DNA of 64,000 nucleotides. Source: a virus. Positions 46,014 to 55,359 of this stretch are shown piece by piece. Made by a program: the position numbers and the translations under genes. Below the pieces are notes generated by a model. That model was not told where the DNA came from and did not search any database. It saw nothing but the letters and a program-made list of their open reading frames with translations. Positions within the stretch are counted from its first letter, which is position 1; every line of letters starts with the position of its first letter. Location: the IMG/VR virus record IMGVR_UViG_3300037512_001384, positions 6,442 through 70,441 of that record; one strand, given 5' to 3'.

Positions 46014-47483
46014 TTGTTTTTATATATGGGTAAAGGTACACAAAACAACAATTTCACGCTTATTGAAGACCTTAGTAAGCTGATTTACAACTCGCTGAAC
46101 AAAGCTCCGTTGAAGGAGTCCTATAAGCTGTATTCATCGGGTGACAGGGTATATGTCTATCAGGAGGTCATCCTTGATGCCTGCAGCAAGTGTTTCCGGT
46201 CTTACATGGGTGATGTATATTACTTCGACGGCAGGATATGGTGTCCTCTGGCTGATATTGTGCTTGAGACTGCGTTGAGCAAGGCGTTGGTGCAGGGAGG
46301 AGCGCGTAAGTCGGATATCGTGAATGCCAGGAGCAAGATTCTGTATTCGGCACGTGGCGGTGCGTCGATGTCACCGTTGGAGTTGCGTGCGTCGGTCATC
46401 GGATTCCGTAACGGCGTATGGGATTTCACTGACATAGACAACCCGGTCTATCACTCTTTTGCCGAGCGTATGCCTGTGGTGCGGATACTCCCTTACGACT
46501 ATGACCCTGATGCGGGCTGTCCGAAGTGGCAGGCGTTCCTGCAGTCCATCTTGCCGAAGGGTGAGATAATGAAGCTCCAGAAGTACCTCGGTCTCGGCTG
46601 TGCTGACCGTAAGAGCATGACGCATAAGATTGAAGAGACGCTGTGGCTCATCGGGTCGGGTGCCAACGGCAAGTCCACCATCTTCGACGTGGTACGCGGG
46701 GTGTACGGTGCGGATAACATCAGCTATGTGGGTCTCGATACGCTGCTTAGCGGCTCGTCGGACGTGCGTGCGCGGTTCATCGGGAGCATCGTGGGTAAGA
46801 TCTTCAACTACTGCTCGGAGATACAGGCGGATGACATATCACGTTACGCCGATACCTTCAAGTCCCTCTGTTCGGGTGAGCCGCAGACCGTGAGAAGGTT
46901 GGGTCAGAACCCCGAGACCACCTTCGACATACCGTTCCTTGTGTTCAACATGAACCAGAAGCCCACGAACCGGCGTATGGACCAGGCTCTCGTGCGCCGT
47001 CTGCTCTTCATACCTTTCAAGACCACCGTCTCTGCCGCCGACATGAACCGTGAGCTCTCGTCGGAGCTGCTGAAGGAGCTGCCGGGTATCCGCAACTGGA
47101 TGATAGAGGGCTATAAGATGCTCATACGTGACGGCTATCAGTTCAACACCACCAAAGCCGCCGATGATGAGATGACCGACTACATGCTGGAGAACGGTCA
47201 GACGGTGCAGGTGTTCCTACAGAAGAAGGGCTACTCATGTAACAGGCGCACGGGACACTGGGAGGACCGTATCCAGTGGGTTCCTGCGTCCGCTCTCTAT
47301 GAGGACTATGTGTCGTTCTGCGAGAAGTGGCTGCAGGATCCTGTCAAGCAGCGTGCTTTCGGCAGTGAGATGGCACGTCTCGGATGGCATGAGACGGGAG
47401 GGAACCGCAAACGTACCGGCACGGGTTACGCCTACGGCATCTTCTGCGAGAAGGATATCGATTACGCAAAAAATAACATCTGA
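46014..47483 (+). CDS. P4/D5-family SF3 helicase (phage/plasmid primase C-terminal domain + D5_N-like)
   Basis: NGVWDFTDIDN...CPKWQAFLQSIL...LWLIGSGANGKST (Walker A)...FNMNQKPT...RRLLFIPF. Confidence 0.75.
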   Translation: MFLYMGKGTQNNNFTLIEDLSKLIYNSLNKAPLKESYKLYSSGDRVYVYQEVILDACSKCFRSYMGDVYYFDGRIWCPLADIVLETALSKALVQGGARKSDIVNARSKILYSARGGASMSPLELRASVIGFRNGVWDFTDIDNPVYHSFAERMPVVRILPYDYDPDAGCPKWQAFLQSILPKGEIMKLQKYLGLGCADRKSMTHKIEETLWLIGSGANGKSTIFDVVRGVYGADNISYVGLDTLLSGSSDVRARFIGSIVGKIFNYCSEIQADDISRYADTFKSLCSGEPQTVRRLGQNPETTFDIPFLVFNMNQKPTNRRMDQALVRRLLFIPFKTTVSAADMNRELSSELLKELPGIRNWMIEGYKMLIRDGYQFNTTKAADDEMTDYMLENGQTVQVFLQKKGYSCNRRTGHWEDRIQWVPASALYEDYVSFCEKWLQDPVKQRAFGSEMARLGWHETGGNRKRTGTGYAYGIFCEKDIDYAKNNI

Positions 47484-47486
47484 GCT

Positions 47487-47768
47487 ATGGTGACGGGAAG
47501 AGACAGACAGCCGCTCTCGGAGGAGCAGGAGCGTGAGATAAGGAAGGAGCTGGAGATGATGGACGCCGACGAGCGTGCCATGCTCGCGGGTTACGGACTC
47601 CCGCAGATAAGACGTATCCGTGACATCTGCCATTCGGACATGCAGCCGGATGCGATGAGCGCGATACTGCGTATGGAGGGTTTCGTCAACATAGCCGATG
47701 ACATAGACCGCCGCCTGGAGGAATACAGGCAATACAGGGAGAAGCATAAAAACGACACTATTGTTTAA
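47487..47768 (+). CDS. hypothetical protein
   Basis: 93-aa ORF. Confidence 0.45.
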   Translation: MVTGRDRQPLSEEQEREIRKELEMMDADERAMLAGYGLPQIRRIRDICHSDMQPDAMSAILRMEGFVNIADDIDRRLEEYRQYREKHKNDTIV

Positions 47769-47783
47769 CCAATACTATTATCT

Positions 47784-48608
47784 ATGAAGAAGTTTCTTTT
47801 GTTTCTGGCAGTAGCTTTATTGACAAGCATTGCGATGACCTCCTGTCACGGTGTCCGTCCGGATGCCGACGAGGAGGCGGTGCTCATTCACAAGCCGTGG
47901 TTCTTCGGTCATGGCGGCGTGGCAGATAACCCTGTCGAGACCGGACTGCGCTGGTGCTGGTGGAGCACGTCGAGTGAGACGTTCAAGATCGTGCCGCAGA
48001 AGCAGCAGGTGGATATGGAGGACTTGGTATCCAACGACAACACACCGCTGGACTTCCATACGGTCATCATCACGCAGATCGTCAAGGGCAAGTCACCCGT
48101 CCTGCTGGTCAACTACGGCACGGACTGGTTCAACACCAACCTCTACAACTACTACTGTAACCGTGTGCGTGACTACATATCACAACACAGCCCCTTCGAC
48201 CTGATGTCCAATCGTGAGGTGTTAAATGAGATTGACACCAAGGTGCTCAGGGAGATGCGCGAGTACGTAGCCGAGCTGTCAGCCGAGAAGGAGTTCCCCG
48301 TGGAGATAAAACAGGTGGTCATCGGACGTGCCATTCCCAACGCGGAGCAGCTGGAGGAGATGAACCGCACCGCCAAGGCTGTTCAGGCGAAGCAGACACA
48401 GGAACGTGAGGTGGAGGTGCAGCTGGCACGTGAGAAAGCCGAGCGTCAGCGTGCCATCGCGGATAAAGCCTATCAGAATGAGATGGGACTGTCGGCACAG
48501 CAGTTCATACAGCTCAAGGCATGGGATATCATCGCGCAGAAGCAGGGTGCCAACATAGACGTCCTCTTCGATGCGGACGGAGCAAGCAAGATGTGGAACA
48601 TTAAATAA
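47784..48608 (+). CDS. SPFH/band-7-like lipoprotein
   Basis: Lipoprotein signal MKKFLLFLAVALLTSIAMTSC. C-terminal coiled AEQLEEMNRTAKAVQAKQTQEREVEVQLAREKAERQRAIADKAYQ typical of SPFH (HflK/C-like) proteins. Confidence 0.55.
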   Translation: MKKFLLFLAVALLTSIAMTSCHGVRPDADEEAVLIHKPWFFGHGGVADNPVETGLRWCWWSTSSETFKIVPQKQQVDMEDLVSNDNTPLDFHTVIITQIVKGKSPVLLVNYGTDWFNTNLYNYYCNRVRDYISQHSPFDLMSNREVLNEIDTKVLREMREYVAELSAEKEFPVEIKQVVIGRAIPNAEQLEEMNRTAKAVQAKQTQEREVEVQLAREKAERQRAIADKAYQNEMGLSAQQFIQLKAWDIIAQKQGANIDVLFDADGASKMWNIK

Positions 48609-48616
48609 CTATCACT

Positions 48617-49348
48617 ATGGGTACAATCAGAGTAGGACAGAAAGACCCCAAGAAATTCGCAAACGAGGGTATCACACTGGTACGTCCCACCAAGGTGGAG
48701 GCAGGGACCTCCATGACAGAGGACGAGAAGAAGCGTTTCATCGACGCCGTGATGCAGATGCCGAAGGAGAAGCGTGTCGGTATGCTGCGTGAGAAGGGTC
48801 TCACGAAAGAGGCTGACGAGTATGAGCAGTTTCTCGCGGAGGATCACCTGCGTGAGATGCGCGAAGCCAACCGCAAGAAACGTCTTGAGGATATACGTAC
48901 ATTACCGGAGGATGAGCAGCTGCCGCTCCTGATAGCCGAGGGTTATGAGGATGAGGCGGAGGAGCTGTCCGCCAAACTCGCCGAGGAGAAAGCCGCCGAG
49001 AAAGCCGCGAAAGCGGCAGCAGAGGCTAAGGGCTCAGGCGAGGGTAAGGAAGATACTGATGCCGGCACCGGTGAAGGTGAGCAAGCCCCCGAACAGAACG
49101 GTGAGGGTGAGCAGGCATCAGGTGAAGCCAAGGAGGGTGAGGAAACCCAGGAGGAGGCACCTGCTGACGCTGCACCTGCTGAGAGCGAGGCTGCACCAGA
49201 GCCAGAGCCGGAACCCGAGCCCGAACCTGCACCTGCACCGGCGGAGGAGAAAGCCGCTGTGAATGAGAGTAAGAGCAAGAAGAACGTCGCCAAGGCACCA
49301 TCCAAGGCCAAGGCTCCGTCAAAAGCAAATAACCCTTCAAAGAAGTGA
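48617..49348 (+). CDS. acidic low-complexity protein (E/A/K/P-rich; EPEPEP repeats)
   Basis: 243-aa ORF; the out-of-frame ORFs 48943-49311 (-) and 48945-49262 (+) are repeat artefacts. Confidence 0.45.
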   Translation: MGTIRVGQKDPKKFANEGITLVRPTKVEAGTSMTEDEKKRFIDAVMQMPKEKRVGMLREKGLTKEADEYEQFLAEDHLREMREANRKKRLEDIRTLPEDEQLPLLIAEGYEDEAEELSAKLAEEKAAEKAAKAAAEAKGSGEGKEDTDAGTGEGEQAPEQNGEGEQASGEAKEGEETQEEAPADAAPAESEAAPEPEPEPEPEPAPAPAEEKAAVNESKSKKNVAKAPSKAKAPSKANNPSKK

Positions 49349-49351
49349 GTT

Positions 49352-49825
49352 ATGGATGAAGAGAAAAGACAAAAGATAGAGTCGTTCGTCAGTGGTCTGA
49401 CGGAGGCTGAGGCACGGGAGCAGCTGAAACTGGCTTACGAGCAGATGGAGTTATGCAATGAACTCCTGCACGGTCATAAGGCAGAACCTGTAGAGATGAA
49501 GGACAACGGTCTGTCATCTGACCTGGAGTTGTTCTACAGCTGTAAGAAGATACGTATCGAGCTCAACGGCTATACCGGCGAGAAATTCGGCGAGGGACAG
49601 AACTATCCCGTCTTCGAGGTCGGCGAGGAGGTCTTCTACATGCGTGACAACAGGATTCGCATGTCTGCGGTCAAGGAGGTGGACGCCAGTGACATAGAGA
49701 ACGTCATGTACACCCTGGAAACAGGTGAGGTCATGGCGGAGGATGACCTCTATGACGGCATCGACGAGCTGACGGAAAGCCTCGTGTTTAATCTCTATGA
49801 GGATCTGAGACAGGAGGGTGACTGA
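49352..49825 (+). CDS. hypothetical protein
   Basis: 157-aa ORF. Confidence 0.45.
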   Translation: MDEEKRQKIESFVSGLTEAEAREQLKLAYEQMELCNELLHGHKAEPVEMKDNGLSSDLELFYSCKKIRIELNGYTGEKFGEGQNYPVFEVGEEVFYMRDNRIRMSAVKEVDASDIENVMYTLETGEVMAEDDLYDGIDELTESLVFNLYEDLRQEGD

Positions 49826-51404
49826 TATGCATGTAGGCAAGAGAAGAGGTTACAGGGCACCGCTGCGGGTTTCGACCGGCGGCGGTATCGCCCTTTGTGT
49901 CATCGGACGTATGGAGAACCGCTATGCTGTGGAGTTCGTGGAGCATTACCTCTCTCTGGGATTCGACAAGATATACGTCTGTGACAACAACAGGGACGGC
50001 GAGGAGCGGTTCGAGGATGTGTTGCAGCCTTATATCGACGAGCACCGTGTGACGATAGTGGATTACCGTAACCGCAGTGCGGCGCAGTGTCCCGCCTATG
50101 CAGAGGTCTATGAGCAGCACCGTAACGAATACCGGTGGATGGCGTTCTTCGACTTCGACGAGTTCCTGGAGCTGGAGGTCTGTGATGACATACATGAGCT
50201 CATGGATAACTACTCGGGGTTCGACTGTGTGTTTTTCAACTGGAAGAACTACGGTGACAACGGTCAGGTGCGTGATGACGGTCGTGACCTGCAGGAGCGT
50301 TTCACCGAGCCCTTACCCGATAACCTGTGCGTGCAGTATGATGACATACCCGAGAACTGGCATGTCAAGAGCATCGTCCGTGGCGGCATCAGGGATCTGG
50401 CGTTCCATTCCAACCCTCATATACCGTCCAAGTTCATGCGTTGCTGTAACACGTCGGCTCAGGAATGTGAGCAGAAACCCTTCCAAAAACCCGACTTCTC
50501 GGTGGCTTACCTAAAGCATTACATCACCAAGACCGTTGAGGAATGGGCTTCCGTCAAATGCAGGCGTGGCGGTGGCACGCACCGTAACCTTGAGCAGTTC
50601 CGCTCCCTTTATACCGGGCGATTCTTCAAGTATAACGAGTGGACACAGGAGAAGGAGGACATCTTCCGCCGTATAAGCGGTATGCCGCCGTTCAAGGCAG
50701 CTAAGAACCGTAACGTCGTTATCGTCAACTACAACACGCAGAAGCTCACGGATGCGACGATAATGTCTCTCAACAGGCATACTCCGGGATGTAAGGTGTA
50801 TGTGTTCGACAACAGCAACAAAGAGCCGTTCGTCAACACCTTCGGTAACGTCGAGGTGATTGACAACACCAAGTGTCAGCATATAGACTTCGAGAAGATG
50901 CTGCAGGAGTATCCGGACCGTGTGGTTGAGACGTGGGTCGGCAGTAACTACGGTTCTGCGAAGCACTGCAGGACGGTGGACATTTGTCTTGACCTCTTCC
51001 CCGAGGGATTTCTTCTCATGGACAGTGACGTCCTGGTGAAGAAGGACATAACGCCGTTCTTCGACGCCTCATGTGTCTGGACGGGTCTGGTGGGTAATCA
51101 TACGAGCCGCTGGGGTATCACCGTGCCGCGTGTGCTGCCTTACATCTGCTACCTCAACGTGCCGATGATACGTAAGAACGGCATACGTTACTTCAACGGT
51201 GACAAGATGTACGCCCTCACCGACCGTGAACCGAATAAAGCCTATGATACCGGTGCCTGGTTCTATGAGGACTGCAACAACCACGGTCTGCCGGTCCACG
51301 ACCTGCAGATCAACGACTATATCCTGCACTTCGACCACGGGAGCTGGCTTGACAAGAGCCCCGACGAGTGGCTGGATGAACATTCTGATTTATGGAAAGA
51401 CTAA
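49818..51404 (+). CDS. two-domain glycosyltransferase (GT-A fold: GT92/DUF23-like N-domain + GT2-like C-domain)
   Basis: ENRYAVEFVEHYLSLGFDKIYVCDNN...WMAFFDFDEFLEL (GT92-like DxD); second domain VVIVNYNTQKLTDATIMSLNRHTPGCKVYVFDNSN...MDSDV. Confidence 0.55.
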   Translation: MTDMHVGKRRGYRAPLRVSTGGGIALCVIGRMENRYAVEFVEHYLSLGFDKIYVCDNNRDGEERFEDVLQPYIDEHRVTIVDYRNRSAAQCPAYAEVYEQHRNEYRWMAFFDFDEFLELEVCDDIHELMDNYSGFDCVFFNWKNYGDNGQVRDDGRDLQERFTEPLPDNLCVQYDDIPENWHVKSIVRGGIRDLAFHSNPHIPSKFMRCCNTSAQECEQKPFQKPDFSVAYLKHYITKTVEEWASVKCRRGGGTHRNLEQFRSLYTGRFFKYNEWTQEKEDIFRRISGMPPFKAAKNRNVVIVNYNTQKLTDATIMSLNRHTPGCKVYVFDNSNKEPFVNTFGNVEVIDNTKCQHIDFEKMLQEYPDRVVETWVGSNYGSAKHCRTVDICLDLFPEGFLLMDSDVLVKKDITPFFDASCVWTGLVGNHTSRWGITVPRVLPYICYLNVPMIRKNGIRYFNGDKMYALTDREPNKAYDTGAWFYEDCNNHGLPVHDLQINDYILHFDHGSWLDKSPDEWLDEHSDLWKD

Positions 51405-51416
51405 TAACAATGTGAT

Positions 51417-52034
51417 ATGGAGAAAGAAGAGTTGACAATTAAGATACCGTTCGGCAAGGCCGCACGTATCGGTAACTTCAAGATATGGCGTTCACGTGTG
51501 GAGCAGCAGTTCATGCCTCAGCTCTCCGACGAGCAGAAGGAGATGATAAAGGAAGGCAAGGCGCGACCCAAGAAGCTGAAAGGGGACATCGAGGCTATCA
51601 ATATCAGTAACCTTGACGGCACATGGATGGTACGCATACCGCAGACCTATGAGATGTTCGGCATGATCACCTGCTGCTATCAGTGGAGTCAGAGCCACAA
51701 CCCCGAGGACCGTGAGCGTGGTGTGAGTTTTCTCTCCACCGCTTTGTCGAACATGATATTCTGCTCGACGATTTGCAACGGATTCTACCACCAGGCTCTT
51801 AAGATGATAGCCACCGCCTACGCCCATCCGTCACTGCTGTCCGACAAGAAGCAGCGTAAGGATTTCGATAAGGAAGCCAAAGACCTCATCAAACGGTTCC
51901 TTGACTGGCGTGTGGAGTATGAGCGTCATCTCAAGGAGAAGGAGCTCAGCGATAAGGAACTGGAGCGTGACGCCAAGGCCGATGCCATGCGTGAGGAGCT
52001 GGCAAAAGCCGAGGAGGGTGAGAAAAGCGAGTGA
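51417..52034 (+). CDS. hypothetical protein
   Basis: 205-aa ORF. Confidence 0.45.
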   Translation: MEKEELTIKIPFGKAARIGNFKIWRSRVEQQFMPQLSDEQKEMIKEGKARPKKLKGDIEAINISNLDGTWMVRIPQTYEMFGMITCCYQWSQSHNPEDRERGVSFLSTALSNMIFCSTICNGFYHQALKMIATAYAHPSLLSDKKQRKDFDKEAKDLIKRFLDWRVEYERHLKEKELSDKELERDAKADAMREELAKAEEGEKSE

Positions 52035-52624
52035 TAGCTATGGAACTCTCGAAGACCAAGCAGAACGAAGCGAATAAATTGGGTGTGCCATTGCAGTATC
52101 TCATCATGGCGGATCTGATGGCTCTGGGTTATACCGAGGATGACGCGCATACCCTCGCCTATCCGGAGAACGCCTTGCTGTCCGAACAGAAGAAGAAGAC
52201 GGTCATCACCGGTATCATCGAGACCGCCAAGTTCCGCAAGCTGCTTGACACCCGCCGCGCACGTATCAAGGACGGTACGGCCGCTCCCATACTGCTTGAC
52301 GAGGTGGAGCTGGCAGACACAGAGGAGGTGCTGAAGGAGGTGCTGCGCTCAGCCAAGCAGCAGCCGGTCGGCTCCAAGGAACGCGCAGACCTGTTCGCAC
52401 GCTATCACGAGATAAAGACCAAGAACGAGCAGGGGTCGGAGGACGAGACCGATTACATCAACTTCGTCCTTCCCCTCAAATGCAACCAGTGTCCGCTCCT
52501 GTCGGCTTATAACGACTTCTTGAAACAGGAGGGTAAGAAAGAGCTCAGACCGGATGAGATGATGCATGTGATGCGTAACGCACATGTCGTTGTCGATGCG
52601 GCACGTAAGGCACATACGCTGTAA
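52031..52624 (+). CDS. hypothetical protein
   Basis: 197-aa ORF. Confidence 0.45.
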   Translation: MIAMELSKTKQNEANKLGVPLQYLIMADLMALGYTEDDAHTLAYPENALLSEQKKKTVITGIIETAKFRKLLDTRRARIKDGTAAPILLDEVELADTEEVLKEVLRSAKQQPVGSKERADLFARYHEIKTKNEQGSEDETDYINFVLPLKCNQCPLLSAYNDFLKQEGKKELRPDEMMHVMRNAHVVVDAARKAHTL

Positions 52625-52644
52625 CCGACGGCTCATAAGAAGGC

Positions 52645-52686
52645 GAAAGGCGATCTCTTCACAGAGACCGCCTTTCTGATTTTTAA
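52645..52686. terminator. bidirectional rho-independent terminator between convergent operons
   Basis: GAAAGGCG...CGCCTTTC stem followed by TGATTTTTAATTT. Confidence 0.65.
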
Positions 52687-52702
52687 TTTCATTACTATGA
52701 TG

Positions 52703-53587
52703 CTATTGCGGATTATCTATTGTATTCTCATCGAGAAGGAAGATTGGGATTGCGTAACAGCAGCAGTTGGCATGATACATGGGGAATCCCTCCTTGTCCT
52801 TGATGTCATGGAAGCCCACCATCGAGTCACATTTCGCACACGGATAGGTCGAGCCGCGCAGCACGTAATAGCCCACTGCACCGTCTTTCTCGTAATCCAT
52901 GCCGAGAGACTTCATCCATGCCATCTGCAGCGTTGTCTTCGCCATGTTGGTGACGTTGGTCGAGCCGTTGTTGGATATGCCGACCGCGCCGTGCTGCACG
53001 CCGAGGCTCTGTATATACTGAGCGGCGAAGTCACGGTTATGCTTGAACGCCGCCAGCACCTCCGGCATGACATATATGGCATGTTTGTACATCTTGAGTC
53101 TGATGACCGCCTGTGCCATCGTGACCTTCACGGCCCGGAGCGCGGCGATAGCGGCTTCAAAGTCCTTCATCGTCTTATACAGGTAGCCGTCGAGGGTGTC
53201 ACGCAGGTTCTTGTTACCACGTCCGAGTACAGCCATCCATGCGAGCAGCCGTGCTATACGGTCCTTGTCATCGGTCACACGTGTCGAATACTCGTTGATG
53301 AGATTCAGTATCCTCTCTTCGACATCATCCATGACCTCCGATATCTCACTCATCATGTCCTCGTTGTACTGGTAGCTGATGGTGAAGGTCTCGGGGTCCA
53401 CGTCATAACGGTAACAGATGGTGACGATACGTTCAGCCATGTCATCGAGGATATCGTCAACACGTGACGCGAGGGCACGCGCCATCTCGTTACGACGGAG
53501 TATGAAATCCTTGGCAGAACGGATGTCATCCTCCTTCGGTAAACGGTAGCGTGTGCCGTCAATCTTTATCCTGATGGTGCTGGCCAT
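52703..53587 (-). CDS. phage head morphogenesis protein (Mu gpF / SPP1 gp7 family)
   Basis: C-terminal signature AVGYYVLRGSTYPCAKCDSMVGFHDIKDKEGFPMYHANCCCYAIP (Y.W...C..C...G......P.HpnC.C); placed after the portal. Confidence 0.7.
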   Translation of the reverse strand: MASTIRIKIDGTRYRLPKEDDIRSAKDFILRRNEMARALASRVDDILDDMAERIVTICYRYDVDPETFTISYQYNEDMMSEISEVMDDVEERILNLINEYSTRVTDDKDRIARLLAWMAVLGRGNKNLRDTLDGYLYKTMKDFEAAIAALRAVKVTMAQAVIRLKMYKHAIYVMPEVLAAFKHNRDFAAQYIQSLGVQHGAVGISNNGSTNVTNMAKTTLQMAWMKSLGMDYEKDGAVGYYVLRGSTYPCAKCDSMVGFHDIKDKEGFPMYHANCCCYAIPIFLLDENTIDNPQ

Positions 53588-53590
53588 GAA

Positions 53591-55348
53591 TTAGTGTGTT
53601 GCGTTCCACCGGTTCCAGTTGTTCTCGTTCGGACGATTACCCCACTTGTCGGTATTCAGACGGTTGGGTCTTCCCTGTCCGCGACCTGTGGCTACCGAGC
53701 CTTTGGTCTTCTTTGAGACCTTACCTTTCTCCTCCTGTCCCTGCTCAATCCTGTTCTCAGCTTTGGCGACCTCAATTTGCTGGTTGGTCTCAATCTCACT
53801 GAGCTCACGCTGCATGTCTATGTTAGCGTCGTTCTGAATCTCCAGACGTTGCTCTTCAAGGAGCAGCTGGTTCATCATAGCCTCATGCTCCTCGTTGCAG
53901 ATACGCTCCCATTCGTTCGGTGTAGCATACGGGCTCTTCTCGGATGCCGTCTGTCGTGACAGGAACTTACCTACCACGGATGTGTTGAGGTTATTGGTCA
54001 GCTCGGTGTTGTTGACATGGATGTAAGGCTCAAGGTAATGACGTATGTTGGTTTTCATAAACGACAGCCTCATCTCAGCCTCGATGCCGTAACCCCATGT
54101 GAATATCTGAACCATGTCATCCACCACGCCGTCATACTCCTGTGCGTCATTCATAGCCTTCTCATAGGCGTCGGAGTACATGATCTTCAATGCCACACCC
54201 GGAGTGTCACCGGACTTGAGCTCAGGAGTCTTGACGGCGAAGGACTGCTTGTATATGGCATCCTCCACCTTATCCAGCTCGGCTTTGTAGGCGTTGGAGG
54301 CATCCTGGCGGTTGAGGAATCCAATCTCACCGTCTTCAGGAAGCAGCATTATCTTCGATGCGTATGACATATCCTTGGTGGTGATCTCCTCCGAACCCTC
54401 GCCCTTGACATACATGATAGGCAGACCGAAGTCATGGTTGCTGTGGGCGAGGTTGGAGAAGGCTACCTCATAGTTCTCGATGGACTCCTCTGAGAATGTC
54501 CAGCACGGACCGTTGTCATCACGCTTGTAAGCGACCGGGATACCGTTGAAACCATGCGGTTCTATGTACTCCAGCTTATAGCCGTCGGTGGAGAATATCT
54601 TCAGTATGAGTTGCTTCGCCTTATCGAAGATATTGGAAGGGTCGCCGTCAGCCACGAACCGGTAGTAGTAGGTGTTGTCCCATACGTCGATGTAACGCTT
54701 GGTGACGCTGCCGTCTTCCGAGTAGTTGCAGTAGGTACGTGCCAGGGTGTTGATTTTGCCGGTACGCATGTCATAATGCGGAAACAGACGGTCGCCGTTG
54801 AGGAAGCTCAGCACCTTCCATCCGAACTTACCGTTATCCATGAAGCCCACGAACGCGCCGTCACCGGTCGCCTTGACGGACTTGGCCAGCTGATACCATG
54901 CCACCTCCATGTTCTTGTTCGCCCATCCGTTACGGAAGGCGTTGAAGACGTTACGGCTCTCTTCGGTCACGGTGGTATCCGACAGCTCGAACTGCACGTC
55001 ATTACCGCACAGGTGTGTGAGGTGCTTGACGAGTATGATCTGCTGGTATGCGAAGGCGTAACGTGGTATCTCCTGGATATACCAGCGTCCGTCCTCCTCG
55101 TTCTGCTGCCATACGTCAGGGTAGAGCTCCCTGTCGTTGATGATGTGTCCTGCAGGATCCAGCTCACGCAAGAAATCCTCCTGTGTGATAATCTTACGTC
55201 TGAGGATGTCATGTGTCAGCGGAATCTCCGACGCTTCGTTCCAAACATACCCGTGGTCATAATGACCGTCGGGAAGGATACGAGTGAAAGGCTTCTTTGT
55301 CAGAAGGTCTCTCAGTTGTTTCTTGGTCTCGATGATGTTGTCTGCCAT
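53591..55348 (-). CDS. portal protein (by size and synteny)
   Basis: 585-aa ORF between the large terminase and the MuF-like gene; basic C-terminal tail. Confidence 0.55.
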   Translation of the reverse strand: MADNIIETKKQLRDLLTKKPFTRILPDGHYDHGYVWNEASEIPLTHDILRRKIITQEDFLRELDPAGHIINDRELYPDVWQQNEEDGRWYIQEIPRYAFAYQQIILVKHLTHLCGNDVQFELSDTTVTEESRNVFNAFRNGWANKNMEVAWYQLAKSVKATGDGAFVGFMDNGKFGWKVLSFLNGDRLFPHYDMRTGKINTLARTYCNYSEDGSVTKRYIDVWDNTYYYRFVADGDPSNIFDKAKQLILKIFSTDGYKLEYIEPHGFNGIPVAYKRDDNGPCWTFSEESIENYEVAFSNLAHSNHDFGLPIMYVKGEGSEEITTKDMSYASKIMLLPEDGEIGFLNRQDASNAYKAELDKVEDAIYKQSFAVKTPELKSGDTPGVALKIMYSDAYEKAMNDAQEYDGVVDDMVQIFTWGYGIEAEMRLSFMKTNIRHYLEPYIHVNNTELTNNLNTSVVGKFLSRQTASEKSPYATPNEWERICNEEHEAMMNQLLLEEQRLEIQNDANIDMQRELSEIETNQQIEVAKAENRIEQGQEEKGKVSKKTKGSVATGRGQGRPNRLNTDKWGNRPNENNWNRWNATH

Positions 55349-55359
55349 ATCTGTTGATG

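Noticed and set aside
48943-49311. Alternative-frame ORFs on both strands in the EPEPEP/GC-rich repeat
   Set aside because: Out-of-frame readings of a low-complexity repeat that is already accounted for by the 48617-49348 gene.
52697-53467. 256-aa plus-strand ORF
   Set aside because: Antisense to the MuF-like morphogenesis gene; sits after a bidirectional terminator and has no supporting features.
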